A DNA stretch of 64,000 nucleotides, taken from contig OY759599.1 in assembly GCA_963662465.1 (NCBI GenBank), positions 5,408,001 through 5,472,000 of the forward strand. Direction: 5' to 3'. Position numbers and translations under genes: made by a program. Below are positions 40,842 to 50,262 of the stretch, piece by piece. Source of the stretch: Desulfatiglandales bacterium. Its GTDB lineage: Bacteria; Desulfobacterota; DSM-4660; Desulfatiglandales; Desulfatiglandaceae. The notes under the pieces were generated by a model. That model did no database searches and was not told the DNA's origin. It saw only the letters and a list, made by a program, of their open reading frames with translations. Numbering within the stretch: the first letter of the stretch is position 1; the number at the start of each line of letters is the position of its first letter.

Positions 40842-42896
40842 TTAAACCACTTCAAAGCGGGAAACCTGTTCCTGCAGGCCCAGGGCCGCCTCGTTGAGGT
40901 CTTCCGCCGCCAACTTGAATTCCCTCAGAGATGCCAGCGTATCCTGTGTTGCCGCATCCAAATATCCCATGGTTTCACTGATCTGACCCGCACTTTCAGA
41001 CTGATTCGCCATCCCCTTGTTCACCACTTCGAAACCCGGGGGCAGGGTGCGCACTTTTTCCATGATCCCGGCCAATTGACTCCCCATATCTCTCATCTTG
41101 TGGGCCGTAGATTGAACCACCCCACTGAACTGTTCCATCTCGGAAGCCCCGGTGGAAACGGATTTTCCCATCTCATTTACCATGTCTTCGATATCCAGAG
41201 CCGCCACCGCGGTTTGGTCCGCCAATCGCCTGATTTCATTTGCAACCACCGAGAAACCGAGGCCATATTTCCCCGCTTTTTCCGCTTCAATGGCGGCATT
41301 CAAACTCAGCAGGTTGGTCTGATCCGCTACTTTGGTGATGGTGAGTACAATGGAACCGATATCCAATGCATTTTTTTTCATGGCTTCCAGCTTGGCTGAA
41401 ACCGATGCCGTCCCTTTCAGCACCTCTTGCATGGATGCTTCCATTCCCGCAAGACCTGATTGACCGGCCTCGGCCAGTTCCGCCGTCGCGGAAGCCGCCG
41501 CGGTCACTTTATCCACAGTGCCGGCAAGGGTTTCCGCCGTTTGGGAAATGAGCTTTGACGATGCATTGACCTGGGCCGTGGATGCCGCCTGTTGGTTCAT
41601 GGTGGCTTCCAGCCCTCTGGAAGATGCGGCGATCTCGGTGGAAGAAGCCGTCACCTGGTTGCCGGACCGCTGGATCTGACCAAGCAAGCCATTCAGGTTT
41701 TCGGCCATGCTTTGAAAGGCCGCAAAAAGAAGACCGGTTTCATCTCTGCTGGATGAAAATTTCGCGTGAAGTATATTCAGGGTCTTTTTGGCATTGATAA
41801 GCTTCCCTTCGGCGATTTCTCGCGCCACTCGGGTCAAATTGCTGATGGGATTGCAAATGCGTCTTACCGTAAAAAAGGCAATCACCAAAAACAGCGCAAT
41901 CTGAAAGGAGATCACCACAATGGACGTGATCATGTTGGCGTGGTTGAGGTCGTTGATCTTGGCGTACAGTTCTTTTTGGGGCGTCAGAACCCCCAGAACC
42001 ATTCCCGTCCCCGTCAGGGTGTAAAACAGCGAAAAGACTTCTCCCTTCAGCGTCAGTGTCTTGAGGAGGATATCCCCGGGTTTTATCCCGATGGCATCAG
42101 AAATGGCATCTCCCCACGCCAGGGTTTCGAGTTTCCGCAAAACTTTTGTGGGATTTGCCGGATATGAAATCAACAGCCGGCTGGAGAGATCCGCGGCGAA
42201 GGGAAAAGAATTGGGCGTCGGCGTCATTTGGGACACCATTGCCTGGAGCTTTTCCAAACTGAAATCCACCGTGGATATGCCGATGATCCGGTTCTTGGAA
42301 TCAACCATCAAGGCATCCACAGTAATCATAAGCGTCGTTGTGGCGGCTTCATCAAAATAGGGATCCGTCCAGTAAATGCCGGCAGACCTTTGCTGATTCC
42401 GATCCCACCCTTTTGGAATGGCCAGACAGTACCAATTCTGATTGTGATAGTCGTATTTGGGCGTGTTGAGGTCCCAGGTAAACGACACCTGATTGTTTTT
42501 TCTGAAGGCATAGGGGCCAAACCGTTCCTTATCATGAAACAGGGCATGGGGTTCATACCAGAGGCCGCCGCCGATGGCGTCTTCAAGCTTCTTAAAATTG
42601 TTTACCAGATAACCCTCGATCTGTGGGGTGATATCCCGGCCTGTTTCGCGAACAATGGCGAAAAATGCCTCGCCCGCCGTTGCCAGATCGACGGCATTTT
42701 GTTCCATGATCAGCATGGTGGTTTCAATCCGCGCGGCATTTTGCCCCACCGTGGCACGAATGTGATTTTCCGTTTCAATCGCCAGATTTTTCCCGATCAC
42801 CCGGGCGTTCCGGATCAGCAGCATACACCCCAGAAGAGAAGAAAAAGCAATCACCGCAACCATGAAAAGGATGTTTTGTTTAAGGGTTATCCGCAC
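40842..42896 (-). CDS. Methyl-accepting chemotaxis protein with dCache-like domain
   Basis: YDYHNQNWY..WTDPYFD..LMIT; MCP signalling tip. Confidence 0.93.
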   Translation of the reverse strand: MRITLKQNILFMVAVIAFSSLLGCMLLIRNARVIGKNLAIETENHIRATVGQNAARIETTMLIMEQNAVDLATAGEAFFAIVRETGRDITPQIEGYLVNNFKKLEDAIGGGLWYEPHALFHDKERFGPYAFRKNNQVSFTWDLNTPKYDYHNQNWYCLAIPKGWDRNQQRSAGIYWTDPYFDEAATTTLMITVDALMVDSKNRIIGISTVDFSLEKLQAMVSQMTPTPNSFPFAADLSSRLLISYPANPTKVLRKLETLAWGDAISDAIGIKPGDILLKTLTLKGEVFSLFYTLTGTGMVLGVLTPQKELYAKINDLNHANMITSIVVISFQIALFLVIAFFTVRRICNPISNLTRVAREIAEGKLINAKKTLNILHAKFSSSRDETGLLFAAFQSMAENLNGLLGQIQRSGNQVTASSTEIAASSRGLEATMNQQAASTAQVNASSKLISQTAETLAGTVDKVTAAASATAELAEAGQSGLAGMEASMQEVLKGTASVSAKLEAMKKNALDIGSIVLTITKVADQTNLLSLNAAIEAEKAGKYGLGFSVVANEIRRLADQTAVAALDIEDMVNEMGKSVSTGASEMEQFSGVVQSTAHKMRDMGSQLAGIMEKVRTLPPGFEVVNKGMANQSESAGQISETMGYLDAATQDTLASLREFKLAAEDLNEAALGLQEQVSRFEVV

Positions 42897-43180
42897 ATTG
42901 AGCCTCTTTAGCGATGGAAACGGCGTCCATTATGGCGTCATTCTCTCCATGGACAGGGGAAATCGGGGTTACCCACCGATATCATTTATATAGGTATGCG
43001 GCGTTATGACGTCGCAATCAAAAGCAAAATATGATAGGATATTGGATCATCCCGTTAAATATTGGAATAATATAATACAATTTTGCGGGATGCAAGCCTT
43101 TCGGGCCCCATTTGAAACCCGTCGCATGGGAACGGGACAGACCCGGTGCATTCGAAACCATTAAGGACCTGAATCTCATC

Positions 43181-43528
43181 ATGAAGGTAACTGAAAAGAA
43201 AACTGGGGAAAACCGATCGGAACAGCGAACGATTCTGGATCAATATCGAAGCGTGGAGTTTTCCCTGAGCAAACAAGATCCCATCTTTCAATTTCGGGTT
43301 CGGGATGTATCCCCCTCCGGAATGGGGATTCTTGTCAACGAAGGGTCAATGGCATTGAAATACCTCAAAGTCGGCCGGATGTTTGACATGAAATACAATC
43401 CGGAAAACCCGAAAGAGTCGCCGGAACAGATGGAAACGGAAATCCGGCATATCACGCGTATTAATAATGGCCGTTACAGAGGGCATTATCTGGTGGGTTT
43501 GGCCGTCAAAACCAGAGCCAATCCTTAA
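43181..43528 (+). CDS. PilZ-domain protein
   Basis: RSEQR (RxxxR) and DVSPSG (DxSxxG) motifs. Confidence 0.8.
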   Translation: MKVTEKKTGENRSEQRTILDQYRSVEFSLSKQDPIFQFRVRDVSPSGMGILVNEGSMALKYLKVGRMFDMKYNPENPKESPEQMETEIRHITRINNGRYRGHYLVGLAVKTRANP

Positions 43529-43685
43529 TTTCTTCCATTCTCCTGAAATTCAGGAACCCCGATGAAAAATGCAACCGTGTCGTTCAGGTTTGCTTTTCCC
43601 GTGAAACTTATGTCTTGACATGCTCAAGCAGATTACGATAGTAATATGTTGTTAATCCAATCTTTATCATAAATTTCACAAAACA

Positions 43686-44000
43686 ATGAGGAATGGCCCT
43701 ATGGTTTTCTGGCGGGTTCCGTTCGATTCGGAAGAAATTCAAATCACAACCGGCATCGTGTACATTCTGGAAGATCGCTGCAAGGGATGCGGCTTCTGTA
43801 TTGAATTCTGCCCGAGAAAGGTCCTGGCGTTTTCAAACCGGTTTAATGCCAAAGGATACCATCCGCCATCGGTGGTAAAACCGGATGATTGCGTGAACTG
43901 TCATTACTGTGAAATCATATGCCCTGAATTTGCCATTTATTCGGTGGAAGACCCCGCCATGAGTCCGGACGCGGCAACGCCCGAAACGGAGACAACATGA
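43686..44000 (+). CDS. korD: 2-oxoacid:ferredoxin oxidoreductase delta subunit (2[4Fe-4S])
   Basis: CKGCGFCIEFCP and CVNCHYCEIICP; overlaps the alpha subunit gene. Confidence 0.85.
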   Translation: MRNGPMVFWRVPFDSEEIQITTGIVYILEDRCKGCGFCIEFCPRKVLAFSNRFNAKGYHPPSVVKPDDCVNCHYCEIICPEFAIYSVEDPAMSPDAATPETETT

Positions 44001-45142
44001 GACCCGCAATTCTGACCGGAGAACATTTCATGACCGGGGATATGGCCTGCGCCGAGGGCGCCCTGGCAGCCGGATGCCGGTTTTTCGGCGCCTACCCCAT
44101 AACGCCCGCTACTGAAATCGCCGAGCATATTTCCGGTCGGCTCCCCGAAGTGGGCGGCACCTTCATTCAAATGGAAGACGAGATCGCGGCCATGGCCTCC
44201 ATTGTGGGGGCCTCCTGCGCGGGGGTCAAAAGCATGACCGCCACTTCAGGACCCGGTTTCAGCCTGATGCTGGAAAATATCGGACTGGCCGTTTGCACGG
44301 AGACCCCCTGCGTGGTGGTGAATGTGCAGCGGGCAGGGCCATCAACCGGGCTTCCCACCCAGGGGGCACAGGGGGACATGATGCAGGCCCGGTGGGGTTC
44401 CCACGGCCATTATGAAATCATTGCCCTTTCCCCCATGTCGCCCCAGGAAATCTTTTTCCAGACCATCGAGGCCTTCAACCTCAGTGAAACCTACCGGGTG
44501 CCGGTACTGATCATGACCGACGAGATGATCGGCCACCTGAGCGAGCGGGTGGTAATTCCCGAGGCCAAAGCCATCAAGAGTCTCTCCCGGCCCAGGGCCA
44601 GGGGACGCAAGGACCGGTTCAAACCCTTTGCGCCGGGGCCCAATGGCGTAGCGCCTATGGCCATCGCCGGAGAAGGCTACCGAATTCACGTGACGGGACT
44701 GACCCACGACGAACGGGGTTATCCCGATATGACGGTGGAAGGTCAGGAAGTCATGATGGACCGGTTGGTGGGTAAAATCAGAAACAATCTGGACGACATT
44801 ATTAAAACGGAAGGCTACCGAATCGAAGATGCTGAAATCGTGATTATCTCCTACGGCGTTTCATCGAGAACCAGCCTGGCCGCCGTGGATGAAGCCCGCG
44901 AACAGGGCATCAAAGCAGGACTTTTGCGTCTGATTACCGTGTGGCCCTTTCCCGAAGAACAGATTCGAAAACTTGCCGCCAGGGTTAAGGGTTTCATGAC
45001 CGTGGAGCTCAATCTGGGGCAGATTCATCTGGAAGTGGAGCGGTGCGCCGGTGGGCGGGCGCCCTGCGTCCTGGTGGGGCATGCCGGGGGAACCATCATT
45101 ACGCCCGAACGTGTTTTGAACGTAATGAAAGAATCGTTTTAG
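43997..45142 (+). CDS. korA: 2-oxoacid:ferredoxin oxidoreductase alpha subunit
   Basis: YPITPATE, QMEDE, TATSGPGFSL, QRAGPSTG. Confidence 0.92.
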   Translation: MRPAILTGEHFMTGDMACAEGALAAGCRFFGAYPITPATEIAEHISGRLPEVGGTFIQMEDEIAAMASIVGASCAGVKSMTATSGPGFSLMLENIGLAVCTETPCVVVNVQRAGPSTGLPTQGAQGDMMQARWGSHGHYEIIALSPMSPQEIFFQTIEAFNLSETYRVPVLIMTDEMIGHLSERVVIPEAKAIKSLSRPRARGRKDRFKPFAPGPNGVAPMAIAGEGYRIHVTGLTHDERGYPDMTVEGQEVMMDRLVGKIRNNLDDIIKTEGYRIEDAEIVIISYGVSSRTSLAAVDEAREQGIKAGLLRLITVWPFPEEQIRKLAARVKGFMTVELNLGQIHLEVERCAGGRAPCVLVGHAGGTIITPERVLNVMKESF

Positions 45143-45159
45143 TTGCTTAGGGTATAAGG

Positions 45160-46023
45160 ATGACATCCATGACGCAAACGAAAAAACAAATCGACCATCC
45201 CCTGGACGACCTGCTCAGGACGGACCGCATTCCCCATATCTGGTGCCCCGGTTGCGGCATTGGCACGGCCTTTGCGGCCTGCCTCACGGCCATTAAGGCC
45301 AGCGGCATCGATCTGGAAAAAACCGTGATGGTATCCGGCATCGGTTGTACGGGCCGAGGGGCGGGGTATGCGATGCTGGATTCCTACCATACCACCCATG
45401 GCCGGGCCATTCCCTTTGCAACCGGTCTGAAGCTGGCCAATCCCGAGCTGAATGTGGTGGTTTTCAGCGGCGACGGAGACCTCTTCGCCATTGGGGGGAA
45501 TCATTTTATCCATGGCGCCCGCCGGAACGTGGACCTCACAGTGGTCTGCGTAAACAACCTGAATTACGGCATGACCGGCGGGCAGGTGGCGGCGACTACC
45601 CCCCTTTCAGCCAAGACTACCACCACACCCTTGGGAAACCCGGACGGCCCCTTCAATCTGCCCCTCATGGCCTATGCGTCAGGCGCCACCTACGTATCCC
45701 GCTGGACCATTCTACATACCCGGGATCTGACGGAATCCATCAAGGATGCTCTGCTGAACCGCGGGTTCGCCTTCGTGGAAGTGCTTTCTCCCTGTCCCAT
45801 AAACTACGGCCGAAGAAACAAGGAAAGCGCTTTGGATTCCCTTCGATTGTACCAGGAAAAGACCATTATTAAAAATGACGCCCATCCCATGGAACTGGAT
45901 ATCGATTTCGACCGTGGCGTCATCCTGGGGAAATTCGTGGATATTGAACGACCCACCTGCATCGACCGGTACAACAGTACGTGCCGCCCCCCGGAACTCT
46001 TCAATGAAGAAAAGGCTGCCTGA
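45160..46023 (+). CDS. korB: 2-oxoacid:ferredoxin oxidoreductase beta subunit
   Basis: WCPGCG, SGIGC, HGRA, GDGD..NN..YGMTGGQ TPP motif. Confidence 0.93.
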   Translation: MTSMTQTKKQIDHPLDDLLRTDRIPHIWCPGCGIGTAFAACLTAIKASGIDLEKTVMVSGIGCTGRGAGYAMLDSYHTTHGRAIPFATGLKLANPELNVVVFSGDGDLFAIGGNHFIHGARRNVDLTVVCVNNLNYGMTGGQVAATTPLSAKTTTTPLGNPDGPFNLPLMAYASGATYVSRWTILHTRDLTESIKDALLNRGFAFVEVLSPCPINYGRRNKESALDSLRLYQEKTIIKNDAHPMELDIDFDRGVILGKFVDIERPTCIDRYNSTCRPPELFNEEKAA

Positions 46024-46024
46024 T

Positions 46025-46654
46025 ATGATTAAGAAAAACCAGCCCCCCCAACGCCAGGAGATTCTATTTACCGGATTCGGCGGCCAGGGCATTATTCTGG
46101 CGGGCCGCATCCTTGGCAAAGCCGCGGTGATCGGCGACCACAAGGAGAGCACCCTGGTGCAGGCCTATGGCCCGGAAGCCCGAGGCGGCGCGTGCAGCGC
46201 CGAGGTCATCATCGCCGACGGCGCTATCCATTATCCCTACGTGAGACATCCCGACGTGCTGGTCTGCATGAGCCAGGGCGGTTTTGACAAGTTCATCGGC
46301 AACATGAAAGAGGACGGGACCCTCATTGTTGACCAGGACCTGGTCGATCCAAATTCAGTTTCGAATAAGAGTAGGGGTGAAAAATTTTTCGCCCTTGAAT
46401 CCTATTTTGCGATTCCCTCTACGCGCATGGCCGAGGAATTGGGCCGAAAGATGATGGCCAATATTATCATGCTCGGCTTTTTTACCGCTATTACCGGCGC
46501 CATATCGCTTACTGCCGCGCAAAACGCCGTGAAAGAATCCGTGCCCAAGGGTACGGAAGAAAAAAACATCAAAGCCTTCACCAAGGGCTACGACTACGGT
46601 CTAGCCATACTCAAGGGGCGGGAAAAGAAGGCCTCGGGAAAGACGGGAGCCTGA
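46025..46654 (+). CDS. korC: 2-oxoacid:ferredoxin oxidoreductase gamma subunit
   Basis: GFGGQG, YGPEARGG, ANIIMLG. Confidence 0.92.
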   Translation: MIKKNQPPQRQEILFTGFGGQGIILAGRILGKAAVIGDHKESTLVQAYGPEARGGACSAEVIIADGAIHYPYVRHPDVLVCMSQGGFDKFIGNMKEDGTLIVDQDLVDPNSVSNKSRGEKFFALESYFAIPSTRMAEELGRKMMANIIMLGFFTAITGAISLTAAQNAVKESVPKGTEEKNIKAFTKGYDYGLAILKGREKKASGKTGA

Positions 46655-46655
46655 A

Positions 46656-46709
46656 GCGGCAAGCCGCGGTTTTAAGTTTTAAGTTTTAGGTTTTAAGTTT
46701 TAAGTTTTT
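46656..46709. repeat. GCGGCWAGCCGC palindrome followed by (GTTTTAR)n; related copies at 10104-10139 and 16142-16167
   Basis: gcggcaagccgc-g-gttttaa gttttaa gttttag gttttaa gttttaa gtttt. Confidence 0.75.
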
Positions 46710-46763
46710 CTGTCAATAAATTCCTTGTTTTTTGTGACAGGTTTTTAGGAAATAAGGCACACC

Positions 46764-49700
46764 ATGAAACGTTCCAAAGATCGATTGCACAGGGTTGTCG
46801 TTATCGGCGCAAACCCGTCGGGAATTGCGGCCGCCAACAAACTGGGGGAGCTGGGCGTACCGGTGACCCTGGTGGAGCAGGCGGCGGACCTGAATGAAAA
46901 ACTCGCCTCCCATGAGTGGCGACTGCCGTCAGGGGTGCCTTTCAACTATGGCCATCGGCCCGGTCTGCTCCGAATTCTGAGGAATACTGAAATTCGCTGC
47001 ATTCTGCCGGCCCAGGTTACCTCCATCAAGCACACCCCCCAGGGATTTCGCGTTCGGATCAAAAATCCTGAAACCTACGTAGATGTCCGGCAATGCGTTC
47101 TCTGTGGCCGCTGTGCCGAAGTGTGTCCGGTTCGGACGCCGGACGGCCTCATGCCGATACGGTTCAATGGCCGACATGCCCTGCCTGGGAGACCGGTCAT
47201 CGACAAACGAAAACAACCCCCGTGTCAGTCCGCCTGCCCCCTGGGGGTTAACGCCCAGGCCTATGTGGCCCTGGCCCGGACCGGCCGATTTCGGGAAGCG
47301 CTTGAGGTAGTCCGAAGAGACAACATCCTTCCCGGCATCTGCGGCAGAATCTGTACCCACCCCTGTGAAGCGGCATGCCGGCGGGAAGAACTGGATGAAG
47401 CCATCGCTATTCGGGATATCAAACGGTTTTTGGCGGATTACGAAATCACCCATCCCCACGAAGCACCAGCGAAAAAACCGACCCTCCAAAATGAGACGGT
47501 GGCCGTCATCGGATCGGGGCCCGCGGGACTTTCGGCGGCCGCTGAACTGGCCCAGCTGGGCTATGGGGTAACGGTCTTTGAAAAAGAGGCTGAACCGGGC
47601 GGCCTGCTGCGATATGGGATCGGGCCGCACCGCCTGCCGCGGGAAATCCTGGATTACGATATCAATTATATCAAAAACCTGGGCGTTCAGTTTGAAACGT
47701 CTCACCCTGTGGATATTTCGAGTTCGTTAGATGATCTCAAAAATGACTTCCAGGCTGTGGTCACCACCGTGGGCGCCTGGACGGACCGGAAACTCGGCGT
47801 ACCCGGGGAAGATCTGGCCGGCATTGACGGATGTTTGGAGGTCTTGACGCGCCACTATCGCGAGGCCGGCGAAAAAGAAGGCAAAAACGCCTGTGAGAAC
47901 AACGATGCAAAACCCGGAAAAGTGGCGGTGATCGGCGACGGCAACGCAGCCTTTGACCTGGCACGCACCCTGTCCCGACTTGGGGACGACGTGACCATTA
48001 TCAGTTGGTTCCCCCTGGAACTGATCCCCGCGGATTCTCACGAGGTTCAGGGCGCCCGGGAAGAAGGCATTGCCATTGTGGATGCAACCAAGGTGATTGC
48101 CTTTGAAGGGGAAAACGGCCATTTGAATCGACTGCGCTGTCAGCCCACAAAACCGGGTGAACCGGACGAAAACGGCACGCCATGGCCGGTAATCATCTCC
48201 GAAGCTGACCCCTTTGACCTGATGTTTGATCGGGCAGTGGTGGCCATCGGCCAGCTGGGACCTTTTGCAAACATGGACCCCTCCGAAAAAACGCGTACGC
48301 CTTCCGGATTGGGAATCACGAAGCAGGGTTGCCTTGCGGTAGACGAATATTTTCATACAAACGTGGAAGGCATCTATGCTGCGGGAGATGCGGTGACAGG
48401 TCCTTCCAACGTGGTGCAGGCTATGGCCTCGGGGCGTGCGGCAGCCGGATCCATTCACAAAACTCTCACCCATGAAGATTTTTCCGTAACGGAAAGTGGA
48501 CGACCCCAGGACAGGGAATACCCTGACATTCCCGAAAATATTCCATCTCTTTCGCGGCCCACCATGCCCGAACGGCAACCCGGCATCCGAAGGGGTAACT
48601 TCTCCGAAGTGGCTATGGGCTTAAGCGAGTCACAAATCCTCTTTGAGGCTGAGCGATGTCTTCAATGCGGCATCTGTTCCGAATGCCTCCTTTGCGTGGA
48701 GGCCTGTAGCGCCATCGGCGCCATTCGTCACCAGGACCACGCAACGGAAAATGTGGAACACGCGGGGGTCGTGATCATCGCGGATCCTTTGGCGGCGCCG
48801 CCGGTCAAGGGTGAGGATGTGATCCGGGCCTACGGACCTAAAGCCGCCAAACCCAATGTGAACGCCATGATAGCTCGGGGGTTTGCTGCTGCGGCACATG
48901 CCATGGTACTGCTGGAGGAAGGTTCCCAAAGACCGAGAGGACGGGGGGTTTCCTTTTTTCCGCCGGATCCCGAACTTTCCCCCGACATCCGTATCGGCGT
49001 TTTCGTTTGCCGCTGCAATGACGCCTTCGGCTGGATGGATGAAATAGACCACCATGTGGCAGGCTTGCTCCGAACCGAGGAAATCGTTCACGCCCAGGTT
49101 ATGATGTCGGCCTGCGTGCCGGACGGCGCAGCGGAAATATTACGCACCATTCGGGAAAAAGGGCTCACCCGAGTGGTCCTGGCTTCCTGCGTGTGCTGCC
49201 CCCACGATTTTGTGTGCAGCGCCTGCACGGACCAGCGGAGCCGACTCAAGGATGCCCTGTTTCGCGGGACGGGCGTGAGCCGCGCCATGGTGGAAACCTG
49301 CAACCTGAGAGGCGAGGTGTTGCGACGCCTGGTGGATAACCCATCGTTAGCCCTGGACGGGGTTAAAGGATTGATCGGCAGGTCCATTAACCGGGCCAAG
49401 CATCTAAGGCCCCTGCCGGCCCCCATGCGAAACTACAACTTCACCACCGCAGTTATCGGGGAATCCGAAGCGGCCGTCAACAGCGCGCAAACCCTGGCGC
49501 TTGCGGGGTTTGAAGTCTTCATGTTCGGCATCCGGGACGAACCGCTGGAACAGACCCTGGACCATCCCAATATTCACGGTTTCAAAGGCTCTAAGATCAT
49601 GGCCATCGGCGGAACACTGGGGAATTTTCAGATTACCGTGGAAACGGAGGGCTTTTCCCAGGTCATGCAGGTCGGCGCCATTATCCTGGGGGAAAAGGCT

Positions 49701-50189
49701 CGGCGCCTGGTCCCCTATGTTCATCAGGAAGGCCTGCCCAACACGGTATTGACGGCGGCCATGCAGAAACAGGGGGTTCCCGACATTCCCTTTCACTATC
49801 CGGGAACCACCGCCATTTCAGGTCTCTTTCTGGCATCCACCCCCGGCATTGGAATTTCCCAGCGAAAGGAAGGGGCAGCCGCTGCGGTGCTGGCGGCGGC
49901 CGTCATGCCCAGGGGCCCCCGACAGAGCAAAGGGTTTACGGTGGTGGTGGATCAACAACGGTGTCGTGGATGTGGACGTTGCGTGGAGATATGCCCCTAT
50001 CGGGCCATTTCCTTTCAGCAAAACCGGGTTGGGGGATGGCACGCGGTGGTGGATGAGGCCCTTTGCAAGGGATGCGGCAATTGCATCTCTGTGTGTCCGT
50101 CCAATGCGGCGGACAGTCCCTATCGAAACCAGGAGCACCTGGAACAGATGCTTGAGGAAGTGCTTCTGGAAAAAAGTATTAGGGGCTGA
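46764..50189 (+). CDS. HdrL-like multidomain flavo-iron-sulfur protein (HdrA-like parts with an inserted GltD-like NAD(P)H oxidoreductase)
   Basis: CVLCGRCAEVCP; PPCQSACP..CGRICTHPCEAAC; GSGPAG; IYAAGD; EAERCLQCGICSEC; IGVFVCRC; C-terminal 2[4Fe-4S]. Confidence 0.85.
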   Translation: MKRSKDRLHRVVVIGANPSGIAAANKLGELGVPVTLVEQAADLNEKLASHEWRLPSGVPFNYGHRPGLLRILRNTEIRCILPAQVTSIKHTPQGFRVRIKNPETYVDVRQCVLCGRCAEVCPVRTPDGLMPIRFNGRHALPGRPVIDKRKQPPCQSACPLGVNAQAYVALARTGRFREALEVVRRDNILPGICGRICTHPCEAACRREELDEAIAIRDIKRFLADYEITHPHEAPAKKPTLQNETVAVIGSGPAGLSAAAELAQLGYGVTVFEKEAEPGGLLRYGIGPHRLPREILDYDINYIKNLGVQFETSHPVDISSSLDDLKNDFQAVVTTVGAWTDRKLGVPGEDLAGIDGCLEVLTRHYREAGEKEGKNACENNDAKPGKVAVIGDGNAAFDLARTLSRLGDDVTIISWFPLELIPADSHEVQGAREEGIAIVDATKVIAFEGENGHLNRLRCQPTKPGEPDENGTPWPVIISEADPFDLMFDRAVVAIGQLGPFANMDPSEKTRTPSGLGITKQGCLAVDEYFHTNVEGIYAAGDAVTGPSNVVQAMASGRAAAGSIHKTLTHEDFSVTESGRPQDREYPDIPENIPSLSRPTMPERQPGIRRGNFSEVAMGLSESQILFEAERCLQCGICSECLLCVEACSAIGAIRHQDHATENVEHAGVVIIADPLAAPPVKGEDVIRAYGPKAAKPNVNAMIARGFAAAAHAMVLLEEGSQRPRGRGVSFFPPDPELSPDIRIGVFVCRCNDAFGWMDEIDHHVAGLLRTEEIVHAQVMMSACVPDGAAEILRTIREKGLTRVVLASCVCCPHDFVCSACTDQRSRLKDALFRGTGVSRAMVETCNLRGEVLRRLVDNPSLALDGVKGLIGRSINRAKHLRPLPAPMRNYNFTTAVIGESEAAVNSAQTLALAGFEVFMFGIRDEPLEQTLDHPNIHGFKGSKIMAIGGTLGNFQITVETEGFSQVMQVGAIILGEKARRLVPYVHQEGLPNTVLTAAMQKQGVPDIPFHYPGTTAISGLFLASTPGIGISQRKEGAAAAVLAAAVMPRGPRQSKGFTVVVDQQRCRGCGRCVEICPYRAISFQQNRVGGWHAVVDEALCKGCGNCISVCPSNAADSPYRNQEHLEQMLEEVLLEKSIRG

Positions 50190-50262
50190 ATGAAAACAAC
50201 GGTGAACCGTTTTTTAATCCAGGAGCTAAAAGCTAACGGCTAACAGCTGACGGCTTATCATC

